Below the pieces are notes generated by a model. The model had not been told where the DNA came from. It ran no database searches and worked only from the letters and a program-made list of their open reading frames with translations. A DNA stretch of 64,000 nucleotides from Selenomonas ruminantium (lineage in GTDB: Bacteria; Bacillota; Negativicutes; Selenomonadales; Selenomonadaceae): assembly GCA_015058655.1 (NCBI GenBank), contig SVBX01000017.1, positions 144 through 64,143 of the forward strand. The letters run 5' to 3'. How positions within the stretch are numbered: the stretch's first letter is position 1; every line of letters starts with the position of its first letter. This document shows positions 1-9,797 of this stretch, one piece after another. The translations under genes and the position numbers were made by a program.

Positions 1-925
1 TAATGTCCATACGTTCTCTTTTCCTTTTTAACCATATATGAGCATCAGAATACATATAGGTATATAGAATTTTAGAAAAGCGTTTTCCACCTAAAAAATA
101 ATACATTTTACTTTCTATGCTTGCTTGGGCATGATATAATTTTTGATTTGAACCTAATCTTTTTTGTATTTGCTCCAAAACTGGAATTGGAGCAACGAAT
201 CCTGACCTTTTATTTTTCTTTATGCAAGTCACTCCATCTCCATCAAAATATCCTCGAATAAAATGATGTTCAAGGTGCCGCGGGAGAACAGGGAAAACTT
301 CATTTCCTGATTTATGTTCTGTAAGTCCATGTGATACTAAGTCATCAAACATTTTTTTACAGTTAATGCTTACCGCGTATCTTGAGTAAAGCTTGTCACC
401 TGCCATCTTTCCGCCATGTGTAAGTGTCATTTTAGGAATATAAGTAGCCTTGATAGCATTTAGAAAATTGTCTATTAATTCTTTGTCTTCGCTAGATGTA
501 GCAAGTTTGATCGAGTACTCATTTTTATAACCGCTGATTCCAGCATCAGCCATTAACCACCCTAAATAGTACGCCTTTTCTTCTGTATCAATTACTTCAA
601 AGAAATTCTCAATGCCAACTCTAGATTTGGGTCCTCTATGTCTTGTTATTCCTAATTTTCTAAAACGATAAGTAAGAGTGGCTTGATTAATATTGAACAT
701 TTTCGATAGTTGTGTTGTATCATAACCGGATTTATATAAATCAACTAGTTTTTGCTTAAATTTCTTATCCGTTTCATTGTCTATCAAGTGAGTTATAGAT
801 TTTGCTCTGCTTACTGTTATGTTGAATTTACTAGCTACTTCTTCAACTGTATGATTTTCCATGTAGTATGCAATTACTTTTTTTGAAAAATTAGGATGTA
901 TACGTTCGCGACTCAATTCTATCAT
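1..925 (-). CDS. LAGLIDADG-family endonuclease-like protein with N-terminal HTH-like modules (3' end runs off window; not in supplied ORF track)
   Basis: Manual translation of the minus strand from ATG (925-923): MIELSRERIHPNFSKK... Two LAGLIDADG-type motifs are present, YYLGWLMADAGI and FIRGYFDGDGV. The frame is open to position 1. The DNA is very AT-rich. Confidence 0.8.
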   Translation of the reverse strand, partial: MIELSRERIHPNFSKKVIAYYMENHTVEEVASKFNITVSRAKSITHLIDNETDKKFKQKLVDLYKSGYDTTQLSKMFNINQATLTYRFRKLGITRHRGPKSRVGIENFFEVIDTEEKAYYLGWLMADAGISGYKNEYSIKLATSSEDKELIDNFLNAIKATYIPKMTLTHGGKMAGDKLYSRYAVSINCKKMFDDLVSHGLTEHKSGNEVFPVLPRHLEHHFIRGYFDGDGVTCIKKNKRSGFVAPIPVLEQIQKRLGSNQKLYHAQASIESKMYYFLGGKRFSKILYTYMYSDAHIWLKRKRERMDI

Positions 926-1207
926 TCCTTTAATTGATATTTACAGTATATTATTATTAACGTAATGATTATATCATTTTTGTAAACATAGCATTGGTAT
1001 ACAGCGTAGAAATATATGTATAGGTGAGTAAGCAAACAAAATAAAAGCCCATTATAGTTTATCATTAATCGGTTTTTTACAAAGGTCGTCTTTCTTCTTA
1101 AAATGGTTTCTACTAGCAGTTTTCAAGTCTACGGTTATTATATTTGACAAGTATCAAATGTCATTATAATGTGTTTACTCACAAAAGAGCGAAATCCAAA
1201 CCAAGAG

Positions 1208-3988
1208 TTATTTGCTTTCGTTGCAAAGGTATTCATACATCTTCATCAGCTCTGCTACGCACTCGCTCTCGCTGTTCAGCCGTCCCCAAAAGCCGTATGC
1301 TTGCATGACAGCCTTATCATTGGCACGATGAGCCTTTAGGAGTTCTGGGGGCATGGTCACGGGATCATAGAGGTCGGCTAGGCTACTGTTTGGGTAGAGG
1401 CTGCGGGCATTAAGAATAGCTTGGGCTGTCTTTTCTATGGCGGCACGTTGCTTGTCTGTGGGGGTGGGCCAGGGGAAATTGTTGTAGACAATCTTTATTG
1501 AATAATCGTAGTCACTCTTCAACCGTCCGCATACCACGCGCATCCAGCTCATATGCACATTAGAGTTCAATATGCCAAAATGATATAAACTTGCATTAGG
1601 CATCAATCGTACTTTGTTGCTGCAAATAACAGAATCATCCATATATCCCATAGGAACATAACGGCGGCGCTCAGAAGAAACTTCTGGAATCACAATGTAA
1701 CTTCCCTTAGGCATATTTTCAACATGGAATCTAGTGGGCTTATCCGCTATTTTTTGCGTTCCTGGACTTTTGCTTGATAGACGTAAATCCCTGACAGCCT
1801 GGACTCTTTTCAAAGCATGGGGCATTTTTCGCAGTTCAGCAGGTGGACAATCCCCAAGCCATAAGCAATACCGTGGTTTTCGATTGATAAATTCAACTGA
1901 CCCGTACCAAGGCTTGAAATACTTCTCTGCTTTAGGCTCCAGCTTAATGAAAGCCTCCATTTCTTCCTTCGTGAAGAGATAATTGCCTCCATCAATAGGC
2001 TTATTGCCAATCCCTATTTGTGGAATATCACATAACGGTTTATTACGGCTCTCAACAAATACATTGTCTGCTTCAATAAGATAGCCATTTATATTATTGA
2101 CCAAGTTGACCTGCCCGCTGGTATATAGCTGTCGCGGGTTATTATTTTCTGCCTTGCTGAATCCGACAATCACACAATGGACATGAGCCTTGCTGTTGCT
2201 CTCGCTGTCCCACCGAAAAGTCCTATGAGCAAAGTCAATATGCACACCGGCTTCGAATAGTGGCTTCCACAGAATTGCCACCGAATCGCCTTGGCAGATA
2301 GAGTTGGTAGATACCAAGGCCGAGCAGATTGTAGTGCCGGTCATATAATCGGCAGCTTTCTTATACCAGCAGGACACATAATCGAGGTTGCCGTTGTTCT
2401 TCCAGCCCTTGAAAATATACTCCACATCTGACTTTTGTTCTTTGCTCATTAGTCGTGCACCGACAAAAGGAGGGTTTCCTAGAATCTTAACGTTGTCCAA
2501 AGGCTTTAGCACTTCAATCCAATCCATACGTAAGGCGTTGCCCTCATGGATATTGGCATTGGTGGATAGAGGCAGGAAATCCATTTCCCTGTTGACAATA
2601 TCTTCTGTCTCATGGAGCATTTGGGATTCAGCAATCCATAGGGCAGTCTTGGCTACCGACACAGCAAAATCGTTAATCTCGATGCCATAGAATTGCCCTA
2701 TGTTGACTTTGATGGGGTTAAATTCTTCTTCTACAAATCCCAGCACCCCGGTGCCGGCCTTATCTGTGACAGTTTCCCGCAAAATATCATTTTCTAAACG
2801 TCGTAGGGAAAGGTAACTCTCTGTGAGGAAATTCCCGCTACCTGCAGCAGGATCAAAATATAAGCCAAGGGCAAGCTCTTCTTGCAAGGCTTTAAGGCGT
2901 GCCATACGCTTCTTTAGGGTCTTTTCTTCCATGGCCGCTTGGAACTTCTGCCGGTACTCATTCAGGAAAAGAGGGTCAATGACCTTGTGTATATTTTCTA
3001 TGGAGGTGTAGTGCATACCACCTTTGCGCCTGGTATCTGGGTTTAGAGTGCTCTCGAAAATGGCCCCGAAGATGGTGGGGCTTATCTTTGCCCAGTCAAA
3101 ATCACAGGCTTCATTTATGAGCAACTTGAAGGTGGTCTCATCAATGGGAGGCGCGGGTACTGCTTCTGCGAAAAGGGAACCATTTACATAGGGGAAGTCG
3201 GCGTATTTCTTTTCAAGGAAGCGATCTCGTGCCTCTGGTTTCTGGTCGAGCACCTTGAAAAGTTCTGTCAGCCCAAGACGCACATCACTGGCGTGAAAGG
3301 TGGCCAGGAAGTCATGAAACATATTTCTGCGCCCGAAAATCCCTGCATCCTCTGCATATAGGCAGAAAACCAAGCGGACGATGAGTTTGTTCAGGTCTTG
3401 CAGGTCTTTTTCTGTTGGAGTATTGCCATAGGCAGGGAGCAGGGCATTATAGAGCTTACCAACCAATGCACCTGCATCACGGGAAATATCCATTTCACGG
3501 GTGATGTGCGAACTTGTCACATCTACCATAAATTGGAGGCGGTAACATTCCTCTCCCAGGTTCTTCAGTTCTATGTATTCCGGGTCATCGTTGGGGCGTT
3601 CCATGTCGAAAACTTGAAACTCTGCAAAGTTGCATGAGATGATCCAGCGAGGCCGTTCAGAGTATGGCAAGGCAGCTGCATACCGCTTTGCTTGCTCTAT
3701 GGGCTTTAGGTAAGTGCCGTCACTCTGCTTTATAGGGGCGTTCAAATCTTTGCCCAGTGTCTTTTGCTCAATCATGGTATGGGTGGCAGGAATCATAACA
3801 TCTATGAAGGAAGTGTGGCTCAGTTTCACTTTTTGTTCAAAGCGGAGGAAGCTGGCGGGGTCTTCTATGTCATAGACATTTTGAAGGAGGTCAAACCAAA
3901 AACGTTGGCAGTCCTGCTTCTCATCGCCAATACCAGCCCACCGTTTGGCAAACTCCTTGGCAGCCTTCTTCTGCTGATTGAAGTTCAT
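1208..3988 (-). CDS. MmeI-like type IIL (IIG) restriction-modification enzyme (fused endonuclease / N6-adenine methyltransferase / TRD)
   Basis: 926 aa from ATG 3988 behind GAGGAGA. N-terminal PD-ExK-like segment FIDVMIPATHTMIEQK, SAM motif I FDPAAGSGNFL, motif IV NPPF. Size and domain order match MmeI-type enzymes. Confidence 0.75.
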   Translation of the reverse strand: MNFNQQKKAAKEFAKRWAGIGDEKQDCQRFWFDLLQNVYDIEDPASFLRFEQKVKLSHTSFIDVMIPATHTMIEQKTLGKDLNAPIKQSDGTYLKPIEQAKRYAAALPYSERPRWIISCNFAEFQVFDMERPNDDPEYIELKNLGEECYRLQFMVDVTSSHITREMDISRDAGALVGKLYNALLPAYGNTPTEKDLQDLNKLIVRLVFCLYAEDAGIFGRRNMFHDFLATFHASDVRLGLTELFKVLDQKPEARDRFLEKKYADFPYVNGSLFAEAVPAPPIDETTFKLLINEACDFDWAKISPTIFGAIFESTLNPDTRRKGGMHYTSIENIHKVIDPLFLNEYRQKFQAAMEEKTLKKRMARLKALQEELALGLYFDPAAGSGNFLTESYLSLRRLENDILRETVTDKAGTGVLGFVEEEFNPIKVNIGQFYGIEINDFAVSVAKTALWIAESQMLHETEDIVNREMDFLPLSTNANIHEGNALRMDWIEVLKPLDNVKILGNPPFVGARLMSKEQKSDVEYIFKGWKNNGNLDYVSCWYKKAADYMTGTTICSALVSTNSICQGDSVAILWKPLFEAGVHIDFAHRTFRWDSESNSKAHVHCVIVGFSKAENNNPRQLYTSGQVNLVNNINGYLIEADNVFVESRNKPLCDIPQIGIGNKPIDGGNYLFTKEEMEAFIKLEPKAEKYFKPWYGSVEFINRKPRYCLWLGDCPPAELRKMPHALKRVQAVRDLRLSSKSPGTQKIADKPTRFHVENMPKGSYIVIPEVSSERRRYVPMGYMDDSVICSNKVRLMPNASLYHFGILNSNVHMSWMRVVCGRLKSDYDYSIKIVYNNFPWPTPTDKQRAAIEKTAQAILNARSLYPNSSLADLYDPVTMPPELLKAHRANDKAVMQAYGFWGRLNSESECVAELMKMYEYLCNESK

Positions 3989-4353
3989 GCTATCTCCTCT
4001 TCTCATACTATAAGGAAGTATTTTAATTTCTAAGGTAACTATTCTACGGGGATATGGGTTTCCCTGCCACATGTGAGGAGGTAGACACCTTTTCCGCATC
4101 CTAGATGCGGGGGCGTTCCTTTGGTCGATGAACCTGCCCTGCGGGCAGGATCATCTCCCGCCGTCACGCCCGTTGAATATGGTGGGGGCAGCTGGTGGTA
4201 TAGGGCAAATACTCCCCCTAAAATTCCCCCTTTTCTATTTTTCGTATATGAAAAAGATGAAACAAATATAGCAATTTTATCCATAAAGGGGCAAAAAGTC
4301 GCTTAAATGCGCAGAATTAAGGCATTTTTTGCAATGAAATGGCTAAGATACTA

Positions 4354-4398
4354 TTCGTAATGAGCAGGTCACAGGTTCAAGTCCTGCAACCAGCTCCA
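4354..4398 (+). pseudogene. tRNA-Thr(CGU)-like 3' half (anticodon loop to CCA) without a 5' half; likely att-site remnant
   Basis: Reads TTCGTAA / TGAGC / AGGTC / ACAGG-TTCAAGT-CCTGC / AACCAGC-T-CCA. No matching GCTGGTT acceptor strand or D arm lies upstream. Confidence 0.6.
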
Positions 4399-4411
4399 TA
4401 GGAAATCGAGG

Positions 4412-4439
4412 CCTCCGAGGTTGTCGGGGGTTTTTTTTT
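4412..4439 (+). terminator. Rho-independent terminator after the tRNA fragment
   Basis: Stem CCTCCGA / TCGGGGG, loop GGTTG, followed by a T9 run. Confidence 0.75.
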
Positions 4440-4636
4440 ACCTGAAAATGGATTTGGTGACTCAGTGGTGGCTGGCAGGCCTGAAGCGCAGGCAAGGGAG
4501 GCGATTTCGCTGAAGCATGCATTTTTAAACAAATTTTAATGATATTATCTGAGAAATAACTTAAAATAGAGAGTAAAAATGACGATATATGATACAGAAG
4601 ATTGGATATGGTTGGTGAAGACAGAGGGTTGGTACC

Positions 4637-5716
4637 ATGGCTAGAAAGCTATTATTCCTTTCAATGTTGGTAGGTCTGCTGTTTTCCTTCGGGGGAGCGG
4701 AGGCTGCGCCTCAGGTGATACATGCTACAGGTGTCTACATCATGGGGGATAATGATTCTCCCAAGATTGCCAAGGATGCAGCCAGGCAGGAGGCTATGCG
4801 GTCGGCGGTGGAGCAGGCAGGGGTATATGTGGAAAGTTACTCCCGCACGCAAAACATGGAGCTGACTGAAGACGATGTGCGCATGATTTCCGGGGCAGTG
4901 CTGAAGGTTACCCATGAAAGCTCTGTACCTGAGCTCACAGGGAATGTGTTGAAGTATACGGTTAATCTCACAGCGGAGGTGGACACTTCCACCATCGACC
5001 TGCAGAGCATGATGCATAAACGGCAGGAACTGGAAAAGCTTCAGAAGGAGCGGGATGAGCTGAAGAAGCAAAATGAGGAACTGCTGCAGAAGTATGAGCA
5101 TGCCAGCGGCAGCGAGAAGCGGGAAATCGGTCGCCGGCTGGAAAATCAGTATACTCTGGGGCAGGTTTTTGACGAGTGCGTGGCTCTTATCCAAAGGGGC
5201 GAGCACAATGCCGCCATCACCCGTCTGACCAGGATCATCCGGGATACCAGCGTCACGGACAGCCCTCTGGCCTATGCTTACTATCTTAGGGGGCGGGCTT
5301 ATTACGGCCTGCGTTCTGATGACAATGCCATGCTGGATTTTGACAGCGCCCAGAATACCCCTCATGATGATGCCATCTATCCCATCTGGAAATGCCATCG
5401 CTATAGGGGGCTTATCTACTACGACAGGCAGCGCTATCAGGAGGCGTACAATGAGCTGAAGTGGGCTTGGGAGGCCTCTCCCAAGGATGACAGGGAGCTT
5501 TGGAATGAGCTGCAACGGGCAGATGAGATGGCCAACAAGCGGCAGGAGCCGCCCCCTCCGCCGCCTGCGCAGCAGACTGGCGGCAGCCCGGAGGATATGT
5601 GGAAGCAGGTCATTGGCAGCATCCTCATCGATGCCATCAAAGGAGAACTGGGCCGTCCCCAGTCCAGGGGGCACCAGGTATACCGCGGCAACCCCAGGAA
5701 GAGAATCCCGGTGTGA
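4637..5716 (+). CDS. Secreted coiled-coil / TPR-like protein, function unknown
   Basis: Signal peptide MARKLLFLSMLVGLLFSFGGAEA, a coiled-coil stretch KRQELEKLQKERDELKKQNEELLQK, a TPR-like C-terminal half and a proline-rich tail. Confidence 0.7.
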   Translation: MARKLLFLSMLVGLLFSFGGAEAAPQVIHATGVYIMGDNDSPKIAKDAARQEAMRSAVEQAGVYVESYSRTQNMELTEDDVRMISGAVLKVTHESSVPELTGNVLKYTVNLTAEVDTSTIDLQSMMHKRQELEKLQKERDELKKQNEELLQKYEHASGSEKREIGRRLENQYTLGQVFDECVALIQRGEHNAAITRLTRIIRDTSVTDSPLAYAYYLRGRAYYGLRSDDNAMLDFDSAQNTPHDDAIYPIWKCHRYRGLIYYDRQRYQEAYNELKWAWEASPKDDRELWNELQRADEMANKRQEPPPPPPAQQTGGSPEDMWKQVIGSILIDAIKGELGRPQSRGHQVYRGNPRKRIPV

Positions 5717-5836
5717 CAAGAATATATGTGTATTTGCCCCATGTGCCATTTGAGGTGCATGGGGCTGTTCATCTTTTCTATTTGTGATATGATAGTACAG
5801 TAGGCTTGTTTGATTTTAAGGAGTGGTTAGTGGGCT

Positions 5837-7198
5837 ATGAAAGCCACTGAACTTGATATGACTCACGGGTCGCTGTGGGACAAGATCGTGAAATTTGCCC
5901 TGCCCCTGGCCTTGACGGTATTTTTGCAGCAGCTTTACAACGCCGCTGATGTGGCGGTGGTAGGGCGCTTCGTGGGCACGGAGGCCATGGCGGCGGTGGG
6001 CACCAATGTGTCCATCATCGGCCTTTTGGTGAATCTTTTCATGGGGATTTCCCTGGGGGCCAATGTCATGATAGCGCGCTTCATTGGCGCCAGGGATGTG
6101 GAGAAGGCCAGCAGCGCCGTCCATACCGCCTTTTTGCTGGCTCTGGCAGTGGGGCTGGGGCTGATGGTATTGGGGGAGCTGCTGACCAAGCCGGTGCTCT
6201 CAGCCCTGGCTGTGCCTGACAGAGTCATGCCCCTGGCGGAGATGTATCTGCGTGTGTTCCTGCTGGGGATGCCTTTTATGGGGCTTTATAACTTTCAGGC
6301 AGCTGTTTTCCGCAGCCGGGGAGATACCAAGACACCTTTGCAGGTACTGGCTGTTACCAGTGCTGCCAACGCCTTGCTGGATGTGCTGTTTGCCGGGCCT
6401 TTGGGCTGGGGCATTGCAGGTGTGGCAGGGGCTACGGTGCTGGCCCAGCTGATGGCGGCAGGCATGCTCCTGCATGTGCTGCGCCATACGGAAGGGGTTA
6501 TCCGGCTGAATCTGCGGCAGCTCCACTGGCAGGGGCAGCGCATCAGGGAAATCGTGAAGATCGGCCTGCCTGCGGGCATCCAGGCTATGGTGTTTTCCCT
6601 ATCGAACATCGTTATCCAGGCGGCTATCAACAGCCTGGGGGCGGATACCATGGCTGCTTCCAGCGCTGCCTTCACCATCGAGATCAATGTCTATTGCATT
6701 GTCTATTCCTTCTCCCAGGCGGCCACCACTTTCGTGAGCCAGAACTACGGGGCGGGCAAGCTCTTCCGCTGCCGCCGTGCCACCTGGCTGTGCTTTGGCT
6801 TGGGCCTTTCCTTCATGACGGCGGTTTCCCTGCTGGTGCTTTTCTTCGGGGAAACCCTGCTGGGCTTTTTTGACAGCCATCCGGAGGTTATCGCCCTGGG
6901 CATGGTACGCATCTGGTATGTGGTGGTGCCTGCCAGCATCAACGGCATTGTGGACATTTTCTCGGGAGCTCTCAGGGGGTATGGCTACTCCTTGCAGCCC
7001 GCTCTGCTGGCCCTGGTGGGCATCTGCGGGGTACGGCTGGCCTGGGTCTATACGGCCTTTCCTGCCAGCCCGGATTTTGCTACCCTGATGTTCTGCTATC
7101 CCCTCAGCTGGACTGTCACGGCGGTATTTATCGGCGTGGCATACTGGTTCTATACCAAGCATGTGAAGGTCCTGCGCTTGCGCGTGGTGAGGAACTGA
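5837..7198 (+). CDS. MATE family efflux transporter
   Basis: 453 aa polytopic protein. The N-terminus LWDKIVKFALPL...QQLYNAADVAVVGRF is typical of MATE/NorM-DinF proteins. Confidence 0.85.
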   Translation: MKATELDMTHGSLWDKIVKFALPLALTVFLQQLYNAADVAVVGRFVGTEAMAAVGTNVSIIGLLVNLFMGISLGANVMIARFIGARDVEKASSAVHTAFLLALAVGLGLMVLGELLTKPVLSALAVPDRVMPLAEMYLRVFLLGMPFMGLYNFQAAVFRSRGDTKTPLQVLAVTSAANALLDVLFAGPLGWGIAGVAGATVLAQLMAAGMLLHVLRHTEGVIRLNLRQLHWQGQRIREIVKIGLPAGIQAMVFSLSNIVIQAAINSLGADTMAASSAAFTIEINVYCIVYSFSQAATTFVSQNYGAGKLFRCRRATWLCFGLGLSFMTAVSLLVLFFGETLLGFFDSHPEVIALGMVRIWYVVVPASINGIVDIFSGALRGYGYSLQPALLALVGICGVRLAWVYTAFPASPDFATLMFCYPLSWTVTAVFIGVAYWFYTKHVKVLRLRVVRN

Positions 7199-7230
7199 GG
7201 AACTGGTAATAAATAAATTTTAAGATAGGA

Positions 7231-7368
7231 CGCAGGATAAATCTTCATAGGCTAGGCGGAGGAAGGAGGCATAGCGACGCGAAGCTAGTCCCCTTGGGGA
7301 TGGTGCTATGCCGACTGACGAATCTTGCCCTTTAGGGTACAACGACGCATATGGAGATTTAGACAAGT
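7231..7368 (+). repeat. Structured intergenic hairpin element, copy 1 (related to 14301-14395, inverted)
   Basis: Outer stem TAAATCTTCATA / TATGGAGATTTA and inner stem GGCATAGC / GCTATGCC. Shared blocks with copy 2: GGATAAAT, GGCGGAGGA, GGCAT, GCCGAC.GAC, GATTTAG. Confidence 0.6.
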
Positions 7369-7424
7369 CATATCTAAAATTTATTTATGGACAGTTCCTT
7401 ATACTCCCGGAAAGGAGTTTTTCT

Positions 7425-9398
7425 ATGAATGAGGTAAAAAAGCCCGAAAGGCCCATTATCTTTTATTATATTGTCACTCTGGCCCTTTTGGTGGCCTTCA
7501 ATCATCTCTTCATGCCTTACTTCGAGTCCCAGAAGATAAAGGAAGTGGACTATGGCACCTTTATCCAGCAGACTGAAGCCAAGAATGTGGAAAAGGTGAA
7601 TATCAAGGAAAACCAAATCATCTTCACGGAAAAGGGGGAGGGCACCGTCTGCAAGACGGGGCGGATAAATGACCCTGACCTTACCAAGCGGCTTTATGAA
7701 TCCGGGGCAGACTTTTCCGGGGAAATCGTGGAGGAAATGTCGCCCTTCATGAGCATTCTCCTGTCCTGGGTGCTGCCCCTCCTGATTTTCTTCGCCATCG
7801 GACAGTACATGTCCCGCAAGATGATGGAGCGCATGGGAGGCGGCAGGGATTCCATGATGTTCGGTCTGGGCGGCTCCAAAGCCAAGGTTTACATCAAGAG
7901 TGCCCAGGGAGTGAAGTTCAGCGATGTGGCCGGGGAAGAGGAGGCCAAGGAAAATCTTTCCGAGATTGTCTCTTATCTCCATGATCCTGAGAAATTCAAG
8001 GCCATCGGTGCGTCGATGCCCAAAGGACTCTTGCTGGTGGGGCCTCCCGGCACGGGCAAGACCCTGCTGGCCAAAGCTGTGGCAGGCGAGGCAGATGTAC
8101 CCTTCTTCTCAATGTCCGGCTCGGAATTCGTAGAGATGTTCGTGGGCATGGGGGCCTCCAAGGTGCGTGACCTCTTCAAGCAGGCCAAGGAAAAGGCTCC
8201 CTGCATCGTCTTCATTGACGAGATCGATGCCATAGGCAAGAAGCGTGACGGTCAGCTCGGTGGCAATGACGAAAGGGAGCAGACCCTCAATCAGCTGCTG
8301 ACGGAAATGGACGGCTTCGAGGGCAACTCCGGGGTCATCATCCTGGCGGCTACCAACCGCCCCGATTCCCTGGACCCTGCCCTCACCCGTCCCGGCCGCT
8401 TTGACCGCCGGGTGCCGGTGGAGCTCCCTGACCTCAAGGGCCGTGAGGAAATCCTCAAGGTGCATGCCAAGAAAATCAAGGTCGAGGCGGATGTGGACTA
8501 CAACAAGGTAGCCCGCATGGCCTCGGGAGCCTCCGGGGCAGAGCTGGCCAATATAGTCAACGAAGCCGCCTTGCGGGCGGTGCGGGACGGCAGGACGGAG
8601 GCCAGCCAGTCTGACCTGGAGGAGAGCATCGAAGTGGTCATTGCTGGCTATCAGAAAAAGAATGCCATTCTTTCCGATAAGGAAAAATGGACGGTGGCCT
8701 ATCACGAGGTGGGCCACGCCTTGGTGGCGGCCCTCCAGACCCACTCGGCGCCGGTGCAGAAAATCACCATCATTCCCCGCACCTCCGGGGCTTTGGGCTA
8801 CACCATGCAGGTGGAGGAGGAAGGGAACCACTACCTCATGAGCAAGGAGGAATTGGAGAACAAGATTGCTACTTTCACGGGCGGCAGGGCGGCAGAGGCG
8901 CTGATCTTTGACACCATCACCACTGGGGCGTCCAACGACATCGAGCAGGCTACCAAGATGGCCCGAGCCATGATAACCCGCTACGGCATGAGCGAGGAAT
9001 TCGGCATGGTGGCCTTGGAGACTGTCACCAACCGCTATCTGGGCGGGGACACCAGCCTCAGCTGCTCCATCGAGACCCAGACCGTCATAGACCATCAGGT
9101 GGTGGCACTGGTGAAGAAGCAGTACGGCAAGGCATACAAGCTGCTGGAAGACAACAAGGACGCCCTGGAAAAGATTGCCAGGAAGCTCTACGAGCAGGAA
9201 ACCATCACCGGGGAGGAATTCATGGAACTGCTGGAGCAGGAAAAAGGGCAAGAGGAAGAAACTTCCGGGCCGGAAGAGGAAGAACAGGAAAATGCGCTTG
9301 TGGAAGCTGAAATCCCTCCGGCAGAAACTTTTGCAGAAAAATTAGCCCGTCAGCAGGAAAATGCAGACGCTCAGGAGAATACCAAGATACAAGAGTAG
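7425..9398 (+). CDS. ftsH: ATP-dependent zinc metalloprotease FtsH
   Basis: Walker [12 protein letters not shown] module, Zn motif HEVGHA. Start taken at ATG 7425 behind AAAGGAG; the longer ORF in the track is a read-through extension. Confidence 0.95.
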   Translation: MNEVKKPERPIIFYYIVTLALLVAFNHLFMPYFESQKIKEVDYGTFIQQTEAKNVEKVNIKENQIIFTEKGEGTVCKTGRINDPDLTKRLYESGADFSGEIVEEMSPFMSILLSWVLPLLIFFAIGQYMSRKMMERMGGGRDSMMFGLGGSKAKVYIKSAQGVKFSDVAGEEEAKENLSEIVSYLHDPEKFKAIGASMPKGLLLVGPPGTGKTLLAKAVAGEADVPFFSMSGSEFVEMFVGMGASKVRDLFKQAKEKAPCIVFIDEIDAIGKKRDGQLGGNDEREQTLNQLLTEMDGFEGNSGVIILAATNRPDSLDPALTRPGRFDRRVPVELPDLKGREEILKVHAKKIKVEADVDYNKVARMASGASGAELANIVNEAALRAVRDGRTEASQSDLEESIEVVIAGYQKKNAILSDKEKWTVAYHEVGHALVAALQTHSAPVQKITIIPRTSGALGYTMQVEEEGNHYLMSKEELENKIATFTGGRAAEALIFDTITTGASNDIEQATKMARAMITRYGMSEEFGMVALETVTNRYLGGDTSLSCSIETQTVIDHQVVALVKKQYGKAYKLLEDNKDALEKIARKLYEQETITGEEFMELLEQEKGQEEETSGPEEEEQENALVEAEIPPAETFAEKLARQQENADAQENTKIQE

Positions 9399-9446
9399 GT
9401 CGCCTGTGATACGGATGTCCGGGCTTGTCTAGGAGGTTGGCTTATC

Positions 9447-9626
9447 ATGTTAGGACTTAGCATACCGAAACTTTTATTGATACTGGCGGTAGCTCTCGTG
9501 CTCTTCGGGGGCAAGCGCTTGCCCCAGCTGGGTCGCAGCATCGGAGAGAGCATCAGGGGCATCAAGGAGGGATTGGCCGCGGAGCCGGTTCCCATCGAAG
9601 ACAAGAAGGATGAACAGCGCGTTTGA
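9447..9626 (+). CDS. tatA: Twin-arginine translocase TatA/E family protein (59 aa, below ORF-track cutoff)
   Basis: MLGLSIPKLLLILAVALVLFGGKRLPQLGRSIGESIRGIKEGL... behind AGGAGG. This is the canonical TatA TM segment plus amphipathic helix. Confidence 0.85.
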   Translation: MLGLSIPKLLLILAVALVLFGGKRLPQLGRSIGESIRGIKEGLAAEPVPIEDKKDEQRV

Positions 9627-9642
9627 AATGAGATCTCCCCAA

Positions 9643-9668
9643 GCCGTGCCGCAAGGCACGGCTTTTTT
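9643..9668 (+). terminator. Rho-independent terminator of tatA
   Basis: GCCGTGCC-GCAA-GGCACGGC followed by TTTTTT. Confidence 0.8.
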
Positions 9669-9797
9669 GCGATGAACACTTAACGAGCGCAAGCCACCAG
9701 GCATCCGGCAAGTTTATTCCTTTACAGGTGAAGGATTTCATAGTATAATATTTTGCGTTAATACTTTATCGTGCTAAAGAAAGTTGGTAATAAACAT

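Noticed and set aside
4108-4353. tmRNA-like 5' motif (GGGGGCGTTCC..GGTCGA) and a possible tag-like reading frame ending ...GQKVA*, upstream of the T-arm/acceptor fragment. I considered a complete ssrA gene spanning 4108-4398.
   Set aside because: The 5' GGGGGCG cannot pair with the 3' acceptor strand present (AACCAGC/CAGCTCC). The AT-rich middle has no pseudoknot-like structure. The length (~290 nt) is short. The 3' part parses cleanly as a tRNA-Thr 3' half instead. The GC-rich hairpins at 4128-4165 remain unexplained.
7308-7424. N-terminal extensions offered by the ORF track for ftsH, hemW (16392), meaB (51886), nrdG (46218), mutA (47293), mupG (41763), MmeI-like (4099), flagellin (23825) and others.
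   Set aside because: The extensions run through repeat elements, riboswitch or leader sequence. Internal ATG/TTG codons with good Shine-Dalgarno spacing coincide with the start of family-typical N-termini.
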